Source: Octopus bimaculoides (taxonomy: Eukaryota). Taken from it: a DNA stretch of 64,000 bases. Location of the stretch: assembly GCF_001194135.2 (NCBI RefSeq), contig NC_068981.1, forward strand, positions 86,528,751 to 86,592,750, written 5' to 3'. Positions within the stretch are counted from its first letter, which is position 1; the number at the start of each line of letters is the position of its first letter. The translations under genes were made by a program, and so were the position numbers. Of this stretch, positions 51,554 to 64,000 are shown piece by piece. The notes under the pieces are model-generated. The model saw nothing but the letters and a program-made list of their open reading frames with translations. It was not told the DNA's origin and did no database searches.

Positions 51554-53280
51554 CTTCAGTTTTTGCTTTCATTTCATCAAAGACAATCTGTACAAATTCA
51601 GGAGGTCACAAAAGGTTTGTAACTTATTCAGATTTTCGAGAGTATAAATAACACATTTGAATAATAAATTCCTCATTAAATTATTGGCTAAGCTAAACTA
51701 CTCATCCTATTTTTTTTTAATATCAGTTTGTCAATGAATGTAATAATACTAAACTATTTTATTCACAAATACAATGATTTACATTGAAAGCAAACCTAAG
51801 TAGAATAAATAATGGATTGTAGTAATTTATTTTGTAAAATACAACACTTAATGTACAGTTAATCCATAATAACTGCTGGGAGATTTTAGTAAGCATACAG
51901 TGCTAAATATATCCAATGAATAGATATGTATCTATAGAAATATATTTGTCTATATATGAATAGATATAAATGAAAGGCGTACACATAATATATATGGATG
52001 AAACAATTGGTATATTAGTGGCACTGCATCAGATTCATGTTCAGTCAACTTTATTGATTCCTACAGACAATTCATTTTTCTTTCTATATCATGAAGTTGG
52101 ACATAGAAGTATAATAAAAACACAAAAAGCAAATATCTGTAAAATTATATATATATAAAAAAATAATAGCAGCTGCAATTTCATATATATATATATATAT
52201 ATATATAATTTCACTAACTTCCATGTGCAACAAAAATATTTTGTTATATAATATTAGCTTCTAATATCTATAAACATCTGTATTAGAAACATTTTCTTTA
52301 TTGAAAGTTAAAAGAGATTTTTGTCAGAATTGTGTAATTGTTATTGATTCCAGGCATGAAGCATTTTTCATTAGCTTTATAATAAAACTTAATAGATATT
52401 GCTTCTTTTGCAGCCTCAGTTGCTACAGATACTCTAGCAGCTATTAATGTAGCAGCTACAACTGATTCTACTATAAATACTCTTATCATTTGTAAGCAAT
52501 CCTTTTGAGTTACCATTTTTACATTAGTACTGAAAACTAACATGAATATTCCATAAAATCCTAAGTATATAATGATAAATATGACAGATAAGAAAGGGCA
52601 GTAATAAAAGCTTACAACATGCTAATTATCAAGTTTTTTTCATACTTAAATGTCCCAATCATTTAAAATCATTTTTATACTGACTTGCATGAGACTGGTC
52701 CTGGTTCTATGATACAAACTTCAAAGTGATTTAAATTTAAATCTTTCATCTAAATTCCATGTTCATTCATTTTCAAAACACCAGGTTAATAAGAGCAAAT
52801 TTATTTTATTAAATTCTTTATAATTTTCATAATCAATTGAAACCAGTTTATTTCAACAGAATTGTGGTATCAGAAAAACTAAACATCCAGAATTCCACTG
52901 CAAAATCAGTCTCACTCAATCCAGTTCTTTCAAATATCAAAAACTTTAACTTTTTGATTACAGTAAGTTGCTACATATTTATTTACTAACATTTCTAGTA
53001 CAGTTAGGTGACCTGCTAGAAATAGCAACAAAATCTATCTTGAATCACATAGTATTGTTTTAATAAAACACTAAGGAAGTTTAATAAAGCCATAACATAT
53101 CCACAGCCTTTCCCAGTTGGTTTCAAAACTAAATCTGCATCTTTTTTTTAATATAGTTTCCAAAACTTCCAATCAATTAATTTTATTTGTTGTCTAATTT
53201 GCTGATTGTTTTTAGATTTTAAACATTCATACAAGGAGATTCTGTCTAATTAATTGCATAGATGACCTCAGTTCATTATA

Positions 53281-53497
53281 TAAACCCATTCGTTCCCATA
53301 TTTCTGTTGAACTACACCCTCTTTATTTCAATAAATTTTGGAAACAATAAAGAATTTACTAAAATACCTTGGTCATTACTAATTGGAACATAAATTAACA
53401 TGGAATTTTAATGTGAAATTTTAGATCCCTTTATATAGAAAGTTTATATCAAAGAATCAGGGACAGTCTTGGGTGGGTTGGTACCAAGAGGGTTAAG
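53281..53497. mobile_element. TTAA-flanked MITE-like element
   Basis: taaa-cccattcgttcccatatttctgttgaa ... ggtaccaagaggg-ttaa; inverted relative to the 47105-47445 copies. Confidence 0.6.
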
Positions 53498-53543
53498 TCT
53501 GTTACACTCTACTGGAGATACACACACACATACATATATATAT

Positions 53544-54050
53544 ATCATCATCATCATCATTGTTTAACGTCCACTTTCCATGCTGGCATGGGTTGGATGG
53601 TTTGACTGAGGACTAGCAAGCCAAGAGGCTGCACCAGGTTCCAATCTGTTCTGGCAAGGTTTCTACACCTGGATGCCCTTCCTAATGCCAACCACTCGGA
53701 AAGTGTCGTGGTGTTTTTTAAGTGCCACTGGCACAGAAGCCAGTCAGGCAGCACTGGCATTCGACCACACTTGAATGGTGCTTTTTACGTGCCACTGGTA
53801 CAGGAGCCAGTCAGGTGGCACTGGTGTTGACCATGCTTGAATGGTGTTTTTTATGTGCCACTAGCACGGGTGCCAGTCAGGTGGCACTGGCACCGGCCAC
53901 GGCAATGATTTCACTTGACTCAACAGGTCTTCTCAAGCACAGCATATTGCTCAATAATTGAAGGGCATTTTTAAACGGGCTGGTTATGCGACACTGGCAT
54001 TGGCCATGGCAACAATCATATTTGGTTTGCTGGGTCTTCTCAAGCACAGC
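53544..54050 (-). mobile_element. RTE-type LINE 3' UTR/tail copy with ~60-bp internal repeats
   Basis: Colinear with 13574-14070; abuts the 5'-truncated maT element. Confidence 0.75.
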
Positions 54051-54998
54051 ATATCTCCAAAGATCCAGGCCATGATTGATAACGATCTCTCCAAGTCAAT
54101 TAGGTCCTTTGCCAGCAACATGGGAGTGTCTGAGTTTCTTATCAGGCAGGTAGTGCATGAAGGCATTCAGTATTCCTCATACAAGATGAGAAAGGGCCAA
54201 TTTTTATCCCAAACTATTAAGGACAAGGGGAAAGACTGCACTATGAAGCTTTTGAACAAATTCAAACATCTCATCCAACTGAACATGCTTTGGTTTTTCT
54301 CAGATGAGAAAAATTTGTCAGGATCAGAGTGTGAACACACAGAACAACCAATGGCTTGCTGTGTCCTCAAAACATGTACCAAGAGTAATAAAAATCAAAC
54401 ATCCAGTCAACATCATGGTGTTTGGAGTGAATCACTAGTGATGGCAACATTAGGCCTGCATTCATCTTCCCACATGGCCTCAAACTCAGTACGGAGGTCT
54501 CCATCAAGTGCCTGGAGGAGGTAGTGCTGCCCTGGGTCAAGAGGGTGGCTGCTGGAAGACTATGTCTGGCAACAGGACTCTGTACCATACCACACAAGTA
54601 GGAGAACCCAGTCATAGCTGTCAGACAATTTCTGCAACCACATCATTCCTAACATCTGGCTACCTAACTCCCCAGACTGCAACCCCCTTGATTATTATGT
54701 GTGAGATGCAGTTGAGTGAGAGACCAACAAAACTCCTTGTAACACCAAAGATGAACTGAAGGCAAGGATTATGGCAGCATTCACCAACTTAAACAAGGAG
54801 ACCGTCCAGAAGAGTTGTAGGAGATTCTGAAGCCTGGAGGCTGTGGCTGAAGCCAATGGTGATTTTATTGAATAAATTTACTCTTTAGTATTTCAAGATA
54901 TTTTTATGTAATTTTGGTAAATATATCTGTTAAAATGAAATGTCAGTATTATTTTCATTTTCACTTAATTTAGACGACAATTCATTCACTACACCCTG
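54050..54998 (+). mobile_element. 5'-truncated maT/DD37D Tc1-mariner element, pseudogenised
   Basis: WFFSDEKN (first D) and WQQDSVPYHTSRRTQS*LSDNFCNHIIPNIWLPNSPDCNPLDY, 37 residues between the second and third Asp. Right TIR caattcattcactacaccctg+TA. Confidence 0.88.
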
Positions 54999-55795
54999 TA
55001 AATACACACACACACATACATATATACATATGCTGTATATAACTGTAAAAATATAAATAATAGATGTACAAGTCTCCATATTCCTTATTATTATTATCAT
55101 TAATATTATTATACACTGTAAGGAACTTTTACAGTCCAGAGTAGGACACATGGAATTACCCAATGGGAGAATTTACTAGTGACTAACAATTTATTGTAAG
55201 CACTGGCATTGGATACTGATCGTTGTGGTTAGCTAGCATCTGGAACCAAACAAAGCTAACAGGGTATCCACCTGGATAATATATTCCTACAAACTCACTT
55301 TTATACATAGATATATATAAATCTGTTTCTTACAGATCTTTTAAATAGAAGAATGAGAACATTACGCCATTACAAAAAAACCATAATCATTAGATGAAAC
55401 ATAGTTTTACAAACAAAAGAATATCCCAAGAATACAACAGCGATGTGACTGAAGTCTATCGAGCCCAACTATGGAATGGGAGAATGATCAACAAAGTTGG
55501 CCGTTGAAGTTAAGAATATAGTTTGTGAAAGGGAGTAATATGATATTTAAGATCAGTGATCCAGGTGAGATAGGAGTCTCTAGACTGGTTCTCAGGTAGG
55601 CTGGAGTGGGATGAAGGCAATATTTCATTATAGTAGGCTTAGAGTAGTGGGTAGCAAGGAGAGGGCCTAATATAAATTAAGGATAAAGAAAAAATAAAGA
55701 AAGCGGATGTAAGGGTGAAGAAAAATAAATGCATACAAACCAATTAGGCATAGGGTTGGGGTTTAGGATTCGATCCTTATTTTACTATATATACA

Positions 55796-56720
55796 TCAGG
55801 TTGAGTAAAAAGTAAGCAACGTTTTGAACCATGAAGAATTTGCAATTGTCTGATAATACAGACATAGACCTGCCCAAATGCATTGATAAATTAACATTGA
55901 TATTTTTTTCACCGTTGTTACAAACATCTGAAATGGAACTGTCAAAGTGCAATATTCGAGCAATTTTGCTATTCAACTTCAAAAAGGATGTAAAGCAGCT
56001 GAAACTACTCCACAATATCATTGAAACATTTGGTGAGGAAATGACTAGTGAATGGTCAGCTCAAAAATGGTTTAAATGATTTCGCAATGGAGACTTGAGC
56101 CTTGAAGATTGTAAGCATAGTAGATACCTATCTGTCATCGACGATGGTCAATTAAAGACTGTCATTGAGAAAGATCCACATAAAACCACTCAAGAACTAG
56201 CAAAAGAACTTCAAGTTAGCCATGCCTGCATCATCATCATCATGCTGGCATGGGTTGGACAGTTTGACTGAGGGCTGGTAAGCCAGAAGGCTGCACCAGG
56301 CTTCAATCTGATCTGGCAAAGTTTCTACAGCTGGATGCGATCAGAAAATCAAAGAAGCTCAACAAATGGGTACCACACAATTTGAATGAAAATCAGAAAA
56401 TGTGCAGATATGAAATTTGCTCATCGCTTCTTCTCTGTAACCAGACTGATCCATTTCTTGACTGTATTGTAACTTGTGATGAAAAGTGGATTCTGTACAA
56501 TAATAAAAAACGTTCTTCGCAGTGGTTGGACCAAAATGAAGCACCGAAAACCTTCCTCATCTCTGAGCTCTTCAAAAAGGTTATGGTGACTGTTTGGTGC
56601 TGTACTCATCCACTATAACTTCTTAAAACCCCCAAAAACCATTACTGCAGAAACATATTGCCATGAAATAGCCAAAATGAACAAAAAACTGCAACTCCTC
56701 TGTCCTAGACTGGTCAACAT
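55796..56720 (+). mobile_element. 3'-truncated mariner element interrupted by an RTE tail fragment (56229-56338)
   Basis: Left TIR-like atcaggttgagtaaaaagtaagcaacgtttt; MELSKCNIRAILLFNFKK...WFK (HTH); KWVPHNL; IVTCDEKWILYNNKKR; KKVMVTVW. Confidence 0.85.
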
Positions 56721-56849
56721 TGAAAGAAAATATATAAAAATTTATTGTTCTTGATGGCCTTAGTGTAATCTATTTGGAATTTCATCAGCATCAGATGATC
56801 TTAAAAGAAGTCACTGCTGTGTTAATGTAAAATTAGTTACCTTTTAGAG

Positions 56850-57070
56850 TCATGCTGACTCATAAGGGCCAGTTTCCAGGTTTCCATGGTTTATAAATTC
56901 CCCACCTGGACAGGATGCAGGATTACTCATTTATGCCAGCTGAGTGGACAGGAGCAATGTGAAATGAAGTGTTTTGCTTAAGAACACAATGCATTGCTTG
57001 GTCCAGGAAATAAAACCACAATCTTACAATCATGAGTCCAAGACTCTAACCACTAAGCCACATGCCTCCA
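56850..57070 (-). mobile_element. tRNA-derived SINE (CORE-like)
   Basis: Minus strand tggcttagtggttagag A box and ttcttaagcaaaacacttcatttcacattgctcc; related to 10706-11000 and 11715-11905. Confidence 0.6.
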
Positions 57071-57231
57071 CAGCTGTGTTACTGTGACATCAGTGCTATT
57101 GTATAGGCCTACTAACTGGATGCTCACCAAACATCTGGAAACTAGGTTTGATAGCACTCACACTCTCATGTTACAGGCCATTTTGAATATCTCCAACCAA
57201 TCAAAAACTGTATGGCAATCTTCTTATAGTC

Positions 57232-57450
57232 ACTAAGGTGGCAAGCTGGCAGAATTGTCAGCACACTGGGCAAAAAGCTTAGCAGCATTTCATCCGGTTT
57301 TACATTCTGAGTTCAAATTCTGCCAAGGTTGACTTTGCCTTTCATTCTTTTGGAGTCAATATAATAAGTATCAGCCGAGAATTGGGGTTCACTTAATTGA
57401 CCTGTCCCTCCCTTGAAATTGCTGGCCTTGTGCCAAACCTTGAAAGCAAT
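57232..57450 (+). mobile_element. SINE family B copy
   Basis: aaggtggcaagctggcagaattgtcagcac...gagttcaaattctgccaaggttgactttgcc. Confidence 0.8.
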
Positions 57451-58064
57451 CTTCTTACAACTACAGATGCCATGAATGAGAGAGAGAGATGACTTTGCAA
57501 GACATTGCTGAGGAGTTATGCTAGAACTCATTAAGGATACACACTTATGAACATGTCAACATGAACATAATTGGGTTAACTGTCCAGCAAAAACTAGATA
57601 TGAGATATAGCTCATGCTAACCTATCAAACACTGTGTATGATCATGATGGTCAGTATAACTGAGTCAGGTAAATCTGAGCAAGCTCAATTAGATAAAAGT
57701 ACAGAGACATTGACTAGGTTCACATATATATATATATGTATATTTAATAAACATACATTCAGCCTTACTGTATAAATGGACTCAGTGGCTAAACCCACTG
57801 AATTCTCTCTGCAAGCCAAACTTAACAACAGGTTGGTTAGTTTCAGCTAGTTATTGCCTGATTATTGAGAGTGTCATGTTCATCCTAATGAGACATTCAC
57901 ATACATACACACATATGCCTACAAGTGTGTATGTTTGTATATACACATATACACAAAAATATATAATATACATATTACAATGGCATTTGGTAAGGTAAAT
58001 CGGTGAAATAGCTTTGTTAATTGTGCTACCAAATATATATATATATATATATTTCGAGCGTGGC

Positions 58065-58263
58065 CGTTTTCGTGCGGGTGACACGTAAAAGCACACACTA
58101 CACTCTCTGAGTGGTTGGCGTTAGGAAGGGCATCCAGCTGTAGAAACTCTGCCAAATTAGACTGGAGCCTGGTGTTGCCATCCGGTTTCACCAGTCCTCA
58201 GTCAAATTGTCCAACCCATGCTAGCATGGAAAGCGGACGTTAAACGATGATGATGATGATGAT
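58065..58263 (+). mobile_element. RTE-type LINE 3' tail copy, well preserved, ending in (GAT)n
   Basis: Reverse complement of the 15250 and 53544 copies. Confidence 0.8.
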
Positions 58264-58701
58264 GATATATATATATAGTTTTTGTACATTCATTGATACA
58301 TACAATATAGGAATTGTTCAAGCTAAGGAGGATACCGCTATGCAGCTATTCAAACTGCTAGATATAGCAGCTAAATTTTCCACAAATCACACCCTATCAT
58401 CTTGTAAAAAAGAAAGGTTACATTGATCGATACAGTCTTGGTTATGCATAAAAAGATACGAACATCATGGCTGGAAAGCTTTTGATGATAAGAGCTGACC
58501 TTGGGCTATACAAAAACATGGATATGTTTATGTCAAAATATGTTGGTTCCTTTCAACTAGGCACAATGCCAATTTTACTGTTAATTCAATCAACAGCCAC
58601 TATTTATTTTATTGATTAGAATAATGGGAAGCAAAATTGACTGAACTGAATAAGAGACAATGAAGTATTTTGCTTATTGTTTCAGTTGTCTTTTATGTAC
58701 C

Positions 58702-58744
<43 letters not shown>

Positions 58745-59639
58745 GCAACAACAATAATAATAACTATGAGGCATACATTATGAAAACTGTAATAACTAAT
58801 GCACTAAGTGTAAATCAGTAAAATTGTTATTTGTAATTATGTTCAAAGTAAAAAAAAAAAACAGTTTAAAATAAAAGTCAACACTACCATACCAAAGGTA
58901 CCACCATCACCACACTTGTTATCATCAAATACTACCACCACCACTATTATTATTATTATTATCTTTCTCTTCCATCTTCTTATTACAATCATCGATATCT
59001 TTATAATTATCATTTCACCTTATTATTTATCAGATATCGTTAAAAAAAAAAAAAATAAATGCTTTCTAATTTATGTATGATGTGAATGAAATACAGCATG
59101 TGTGAGTGAAACACGTGCTTGTCATTTAATAGAGCAGGATGATGAAAGTATGGAAAGCACTAGAAACCAAAAACTGCTTTCTTCAGTCTTGTTGAGAAAC
59201 AGAAGAAGACAGAAACTGAGAATGACAGAAAAATAGAAATATACATAAGAAGGAAAAATGAAAATAATAAAAAAGAGAGAGAAAGAAAGAGAAATAGGGG
59301 AATGAATTTAAGCAGTTGGAATTCAGATCAATATTGATCTTCATGCAAGTGGAAAAGAAGGAACGTTTATATGGAACAGTGAAAATAAATAAAAAAAAAT
59401 GCTACTACTAAGAATAGAAAGGTTACGTATACTATTAAATAATCAGTCCAACCATCTGTCAAATGACTTAGTTTCCTTTACCTCCAGACTAGCTACTGTA
59501 AATACAAGTTTTATATTTATTTTCACATTCATTTGCATATCAATGAATTTATAATCGAAAATTATTAATTTTTTTTTTTGATGTTAGTTTTATAAAGTGG
59601 GACAATACCCTTGCAGGTCATTCAAGATTAATGAATAAG

Positions 59640-59835
59640 AAGGCAGTGAGCTGGCAGAGATGTTAGCACGCTGGGTGAAATGCTTAGTGGCATTTCGTCT
59701 GTTTTTATGTTCAGAGTTCAACTTTGCCTTTCATCCTTTTGGGGTTGATAAATTAAGTACCAGTTGCACACTGGGGTAGATCTAATTGACTGACCCCCTC
59801 CCCAAAAATTTTGGGCCGTGTGCCTAGAGTAGAAA
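59640..59835 (+). mobile_element. SINE family B copy
   Basis: aggcagtgagctggcagagatgttagcacgctgggtgaaatgcttag...ctttgcctttcatcc. Confidence 0.8.
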
Positions 59836-61226
59836 AGATTAATGAATAAGAATAGCTTGGTAAGGTTGATAGAGTTGAGTTTTTTGTTTTTTCTTTTTTC
59901 AACATTCCCAGATTGATATTGGGGGTATGTGGATAAGGGTAGGGAGGGTATCCTAAAAGGATGTCGTTCTTCGAAAGAAGGATTGAGTGAAATGTTCAGT
60001 ACAGTGTCTGATGAGTGAAATACACTAAAAGTGATGAGAGATGATGCAAGTGCATCTGAGTGTAACTGATACTCAGTTCTTAAGTAATAATAATGAAACA
60101 AGTGGAAAAAAAAAACTGTTTTAGTTCTAATCAATATCCACTCCTCACCTTACCAGCTTTTATCTCTCTTCAGTGTTACACCAATGATTTCTTTCTGCAA
60201 TATAATTGTTCAGACAAGGATCATAGTGATATGGTTTACTCCCTGTAGTATGTAAATAGCATTACATAATTGCATTCTTCCTGTTCTCCTCTTTGTCAAA
60301 ATAAACATTTACATTATAATAGGCTCATGAGGATTAATAGATGATCTATATGCAGGCTTGTATATTAAATTAATTTGTTTAATAGTTTTATTTCCTTTTT
60401 ATTTAATGCTTTTGTATGAAGCAATCAAACACAAAGGCATTCTCAATTGTATCACCTTACTCAATACTAGATTACAAATATTAGCACTAATAACCTCATT
60501 CCTCCTTCAAACCTCAATGGTGTTAGAGTTTATTTATCTCAGTTTTCAAGGTATAGAGCAGTTGAGAGACACCTCTAAACTTAGTTATAATACTGAACTT
60601 TTGATGAAAGAGATTTTAGATCAAAACTTTCAGGTAATCCCATAAAACTATTGCTCAATGTATAGAACTTCCACTACTCATCATTTAAATCTATCACCCT
60701 TGATACTTATCTGTGTGAACAAGTGTATTTGCCATGAATATTACACATTACTAATATGGGCTATGAAGCAGTAAGCTAGCTGTATCTCACAAATAATAAA
60801 TGAATGACATGGTTCTTTATGACCTAAAAACAACCATTCAATTTAGTAAAAAAACATTTTTTTTTATATCAAACAATTAGTTTCAAGATAAACTGCTCAT
60901 TAATGCTTTTAAGAACTTCTCATTACTTCACTAAGTACACAGCCACACAGAAAAACAAAAACAAAACATTCAAATGGGTATTTGTCTTGTAATACCACAT
61001 TCCACTCAACACAGTACATAGCTATTTAGGACTGTTCCACATAACTTAAGTTGCTGATGAATGTCACAACTTTCATTCCACTCCCCACAAATCTTAGGTT
61101 TCATGCATCATGCAAAAGACATCAAGAAATCATTTTAGCATATCTTTTTCCTTAATACACCAAATACATCAGCATCATAGTAGCTACATGTAGAATTAGA
61201 TATGCAACATAATTCTTTTCTATGTA

Positions 61227-61465
61227 TTGGGTTGATGCATAATCATTGCAGCTTTTTCAACAAATTTTATTCAACAAAAACAATAACAAAAACATCTTTA
61301 AATGATTATCCCAGAGTATATTCACCATCTACTTCAATTACTGCTTCCCATTTGCTTGGCAGATGGTAAGACTGTCATTTAAAGATGTTTTTGTTAAATA
61401 TTGCTATTGTTTTTGTTGAATAAAATTTGTTGAAAAAAAGCTGTAATAGTTATGCACCAACCCAA
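61227..61465. mobile_element. Mariner-derived MITE (239 bp) with ~80-bp TIRs and TA duplication
   Basis: TA-ttgggttgatgcataat...ttatgcaccaacccaa-TA. Arms extend to aaaacatctttaaatga. The spacer on the minus strand reads LPSKWEAVIEVDGEY, a mariner C-terminus. Confidence 0.88.
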
Positions 61466-62154
61466 TATGTACATGGGCATATGAATCATGGAGGCAGGGA
61501 AAGCCACCAGCACTCCCAAATTTAGGCAAAACAACAACAAAAACATAGAACAGAGAAAGCTAAAAGATTAAAAAAAATAAAAACAATGATGGTAAATTAA
61601 TTGCTTGCTAAAAGTCAAGAAAATTACTTGATAAACAACTTTCTTAAATTTGTCCTCAAGAATAAACCTCATGCTCTTATTTCCTCCAGTTGACTCACTT
61701 GTTACACTCCAGTCTTGTTTTCATTCATTGTATAAAATCCCAAAACCTTTTGATTTTCTTATATTTAGTTTAGGATGTAATAATACTTGCATAGTTGACA
61801 TCTAGGAATGGAAAGCTGAACATGCTCACTTTGAAATCGATTTTGAGATAAGTTGATCAGCGATCTACAGGTTGTTCTCTCCCCAGTTTATGTTCAGTTC
61901 TTGTGTTCTTTTGGACACCAAATCCAAATTGTGTATACTAAATGTCATCATGAACTCCTCTTCCACCACAACCACAAATGGTTTGATTGTCTGCACATCA
62001 AATGTGTGGAATACAGCAAGCAAAGAGATATTGATTACAAAAGAAAACAGGTACACATGGCAACAGCTACTGAGTGCATTTTTTGCCAAAAAAACATTTA
62101 GCACCAAACCTTTCAGATAGAGAATGAAATGATAATGATAAAAGAGACATCTGC

Positions 62155-62372
62155 TGTGGCCAGTGCTGGTGATGCGTTTATGACACCTGGGCTGATAACA
62201 TTTAAAAGGCACTCAGTACACTCTATGGAGTGGTTGGCTTTAGGAAGGGTATCCAGCCATAGAAACTAAGCCAAAACAGACTGGAGCCTGGTGCAGCTCT
62301 CTGGCTTACAGTCCTCAGTCAAACCATGTAACCCATGCCATCATGGAAAGCAGATGCTAAATGATGATGATG
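62155..62372 (+). mobile_element. RTE-type LINE 3' tail copy
   Basis: Colinear with 58065-58263; ends in (GAT)n. Confidence 0.7.
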
Positions 62373-62467
62373 AACCTACACAACTTCTCAAACCATCTCC
62401 AGAAGAATGTGCACACACATTGGTTTTTATCTGTATGGGTTTTTGTCTGTTTGTTTTGGGTCGTGTA

Positions 62468-62505
<38 letters not shown>

Positions 62506-63024
62506 GCGTGTGTGTTTGTGAGGGGGATAGGGTGGAGGGTTCATAAAAAATGTTACAGTGTGAGAGGATTTAATAATTTCTTTGAGAATCATATTTAAAT
62601 GAGGATGTTGAGTTGGATCTTGCACATAGTATGAAGATGGAAGGTCCCAAAATATTTTGTTGGCTAAGAGACATGTTGAATGGAAAAGGTGGCTCAAACT
62701 AAGCAACAATGGCTACAGGGAAAAGTGCATGGAAGAATAGTGGTTCAGATCAATATTAATAAATTTTAGCACATATAATGCCCAAGAACACAATAAAATG
62801 ATGCAACTGGGTGAGCATATCAATACAGCTTTCCATGTTAAATTGTTCCAGTTGACCACATCAACAGCCCCAAATATTACTCCTGATTTAGTCTTTGTTT
62901 CTGAGTACATAGCATATTAGATTTGAAAACAAATTATGACCACATTATATTATGATATTGCAAGAACACAATTATTATGAAGACAATAGTTTTACTTAAT
63001 TAGTTTCCAAGAATTTAGGTGTGT

Positions 63025-63162
63025 GATTGTGTGGTAAGAAGTTTGCTTCCCAACCACATGGTTCCAGGTTCAGTTCCATTGTGTGACACCTTGGGCAAGT
63101 GTCTTCTACTATAGCCCTGGGTTGACCAAAGTCTCATGAGTGGAAACTGAAAAGAAGCCCAT

Positions 63163-63209
<47 letters not shown>

Positions 63210-63400
63210 ATGCGTATGTGTGTATGTGTTTGTTTCTCACCACCATCACCACTTAACTACTGATGTTGGTATGTTTACATCCTCATAACTTAGTGATTCA
63301 GCAAAAAATAAGTACTGGGGGTTGATTTGTTTGATTAAAACCCTTCAAAGCAATGCCCCCACTATGACCACAGACTAATGACTGAAACAAATAAAAGATA
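63025..63400 (+). mobile_element. SINE family A copy
   Basis: tgtgtggtaagaagtttgc...ggttccaggttcagttcc...ccttgggcaagtgtcttctactatagcc...atgactgaaacaaataaaaga. Confidence 0.8.
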
Positions 63401-64000
63401 TACAACTGCCCACCATGAAAATGAACAAGTGTACACTGATGGAATTGTTGCTCATCCATTGTCTCTCAGTTTTGATTTCTTCCTATTATGTCACCATACA
63501 CCACTCCTTGATAAATAGCTGTGGACTTCATGGCGACATCTCAGAACAACTGTCATAATATTTCATAACAGGGGATAGAAAAGTTAATTTCCCATCATGT
63601 TCAACAATGGTATTTATTGAACAAGTTGAATATTTACAATTAATTTATTATCTTTGGTGAACATGCAGGACTTGACTAGGACTGCCAGAATACAAGGCCT
63701 TGATATAAACACTCTTTTCATGAAGCGATAAAACATACTCAGATGAATATGATTTGTGTATATGTGTGTGTGTGTGTGTGTATGTGTAAGGTTTTGTAAT
63801 AATATTCATCAAAGTATAAAACAATGCCATTGATAAAGCAACACAGTTCTATTGAATGCAAGTAATGTTTATTAGTTTTTGTTCTTAACAATTGCAAACT
63901 AAACCATAAATACTATTACAAAGAGGTATAACATCACAGTGATTGATTATGATTATGATTATGAATACAGTTATGATTATGAATGTTATTTTAAAGAAAC

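Noticed and set aside
52298-52543. 81-aa minus-strand ORF as an A/B-domain exon
   Set aside because: No donor in a compatible phase identified and no homology; weaker than the 51587-51496 candidate.
53958-54524. 188-aa ORF as an intact gene or active transposase
   Set aside because: It is a chimera of the RTE tail and a frameshifted maT fragment; the catalytic region lies in other frames with stops.
59718-62910. Several 60-140 aa ORFs at the right end as a second gene
   Set aside because: They overlap SINEs and microsatellites or lack domains, with no consistent exon chain.

Overview
AT-rich, microsatellite-saturated eukaryotic DNA with N gaps. Its repeat landscape (tRNA-derived SINEs, RTE and R4/Dong-type LINE fragments, Tc1/mariner, MITEs) looks like an octopus/cephalopod short-read assembly; the taxon is an inference. 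I can support one host protein-coding gene: a minus-strand nuclear receptor of the NR1H group (ecdysone receptor/LXR/FXR-like). I assembled it by hand from six GT-AG exons with consistent phases: 42517-42260, 39746-39606, 36821-36529, 32558-32394, 30401-30179 and 25917-25679 (TGA). A candidate ATG exon at 51587-51496 would give about 458 aa. The DNA-binding domain is very EcR-like. The ligand-binding domain keeps the fold motifs and coactivator charge clamp but has replaced most arthropod ecdysteroid-contact residues, has an LXR/FXR-type helix-11 His, and has Phe where the family has the AF-2 Trp. That points to a receptor with a different or no ligand and is the most interesting signal here. 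The rest is transposon debris, simple repeats and several fold-back structures: a perfect 137-bp-arm palindrome, a 73-bp hairpin, and MITEs. Other oddities are two cases where donor-proximal intron sequence is duplicated into the preceding intron, a nearly open triple-C2H2 LINE tail and a tRNA-Gly pseudogene, all within the receptor's introns. I found no convincing evidence for a wholly new multi-gene system.
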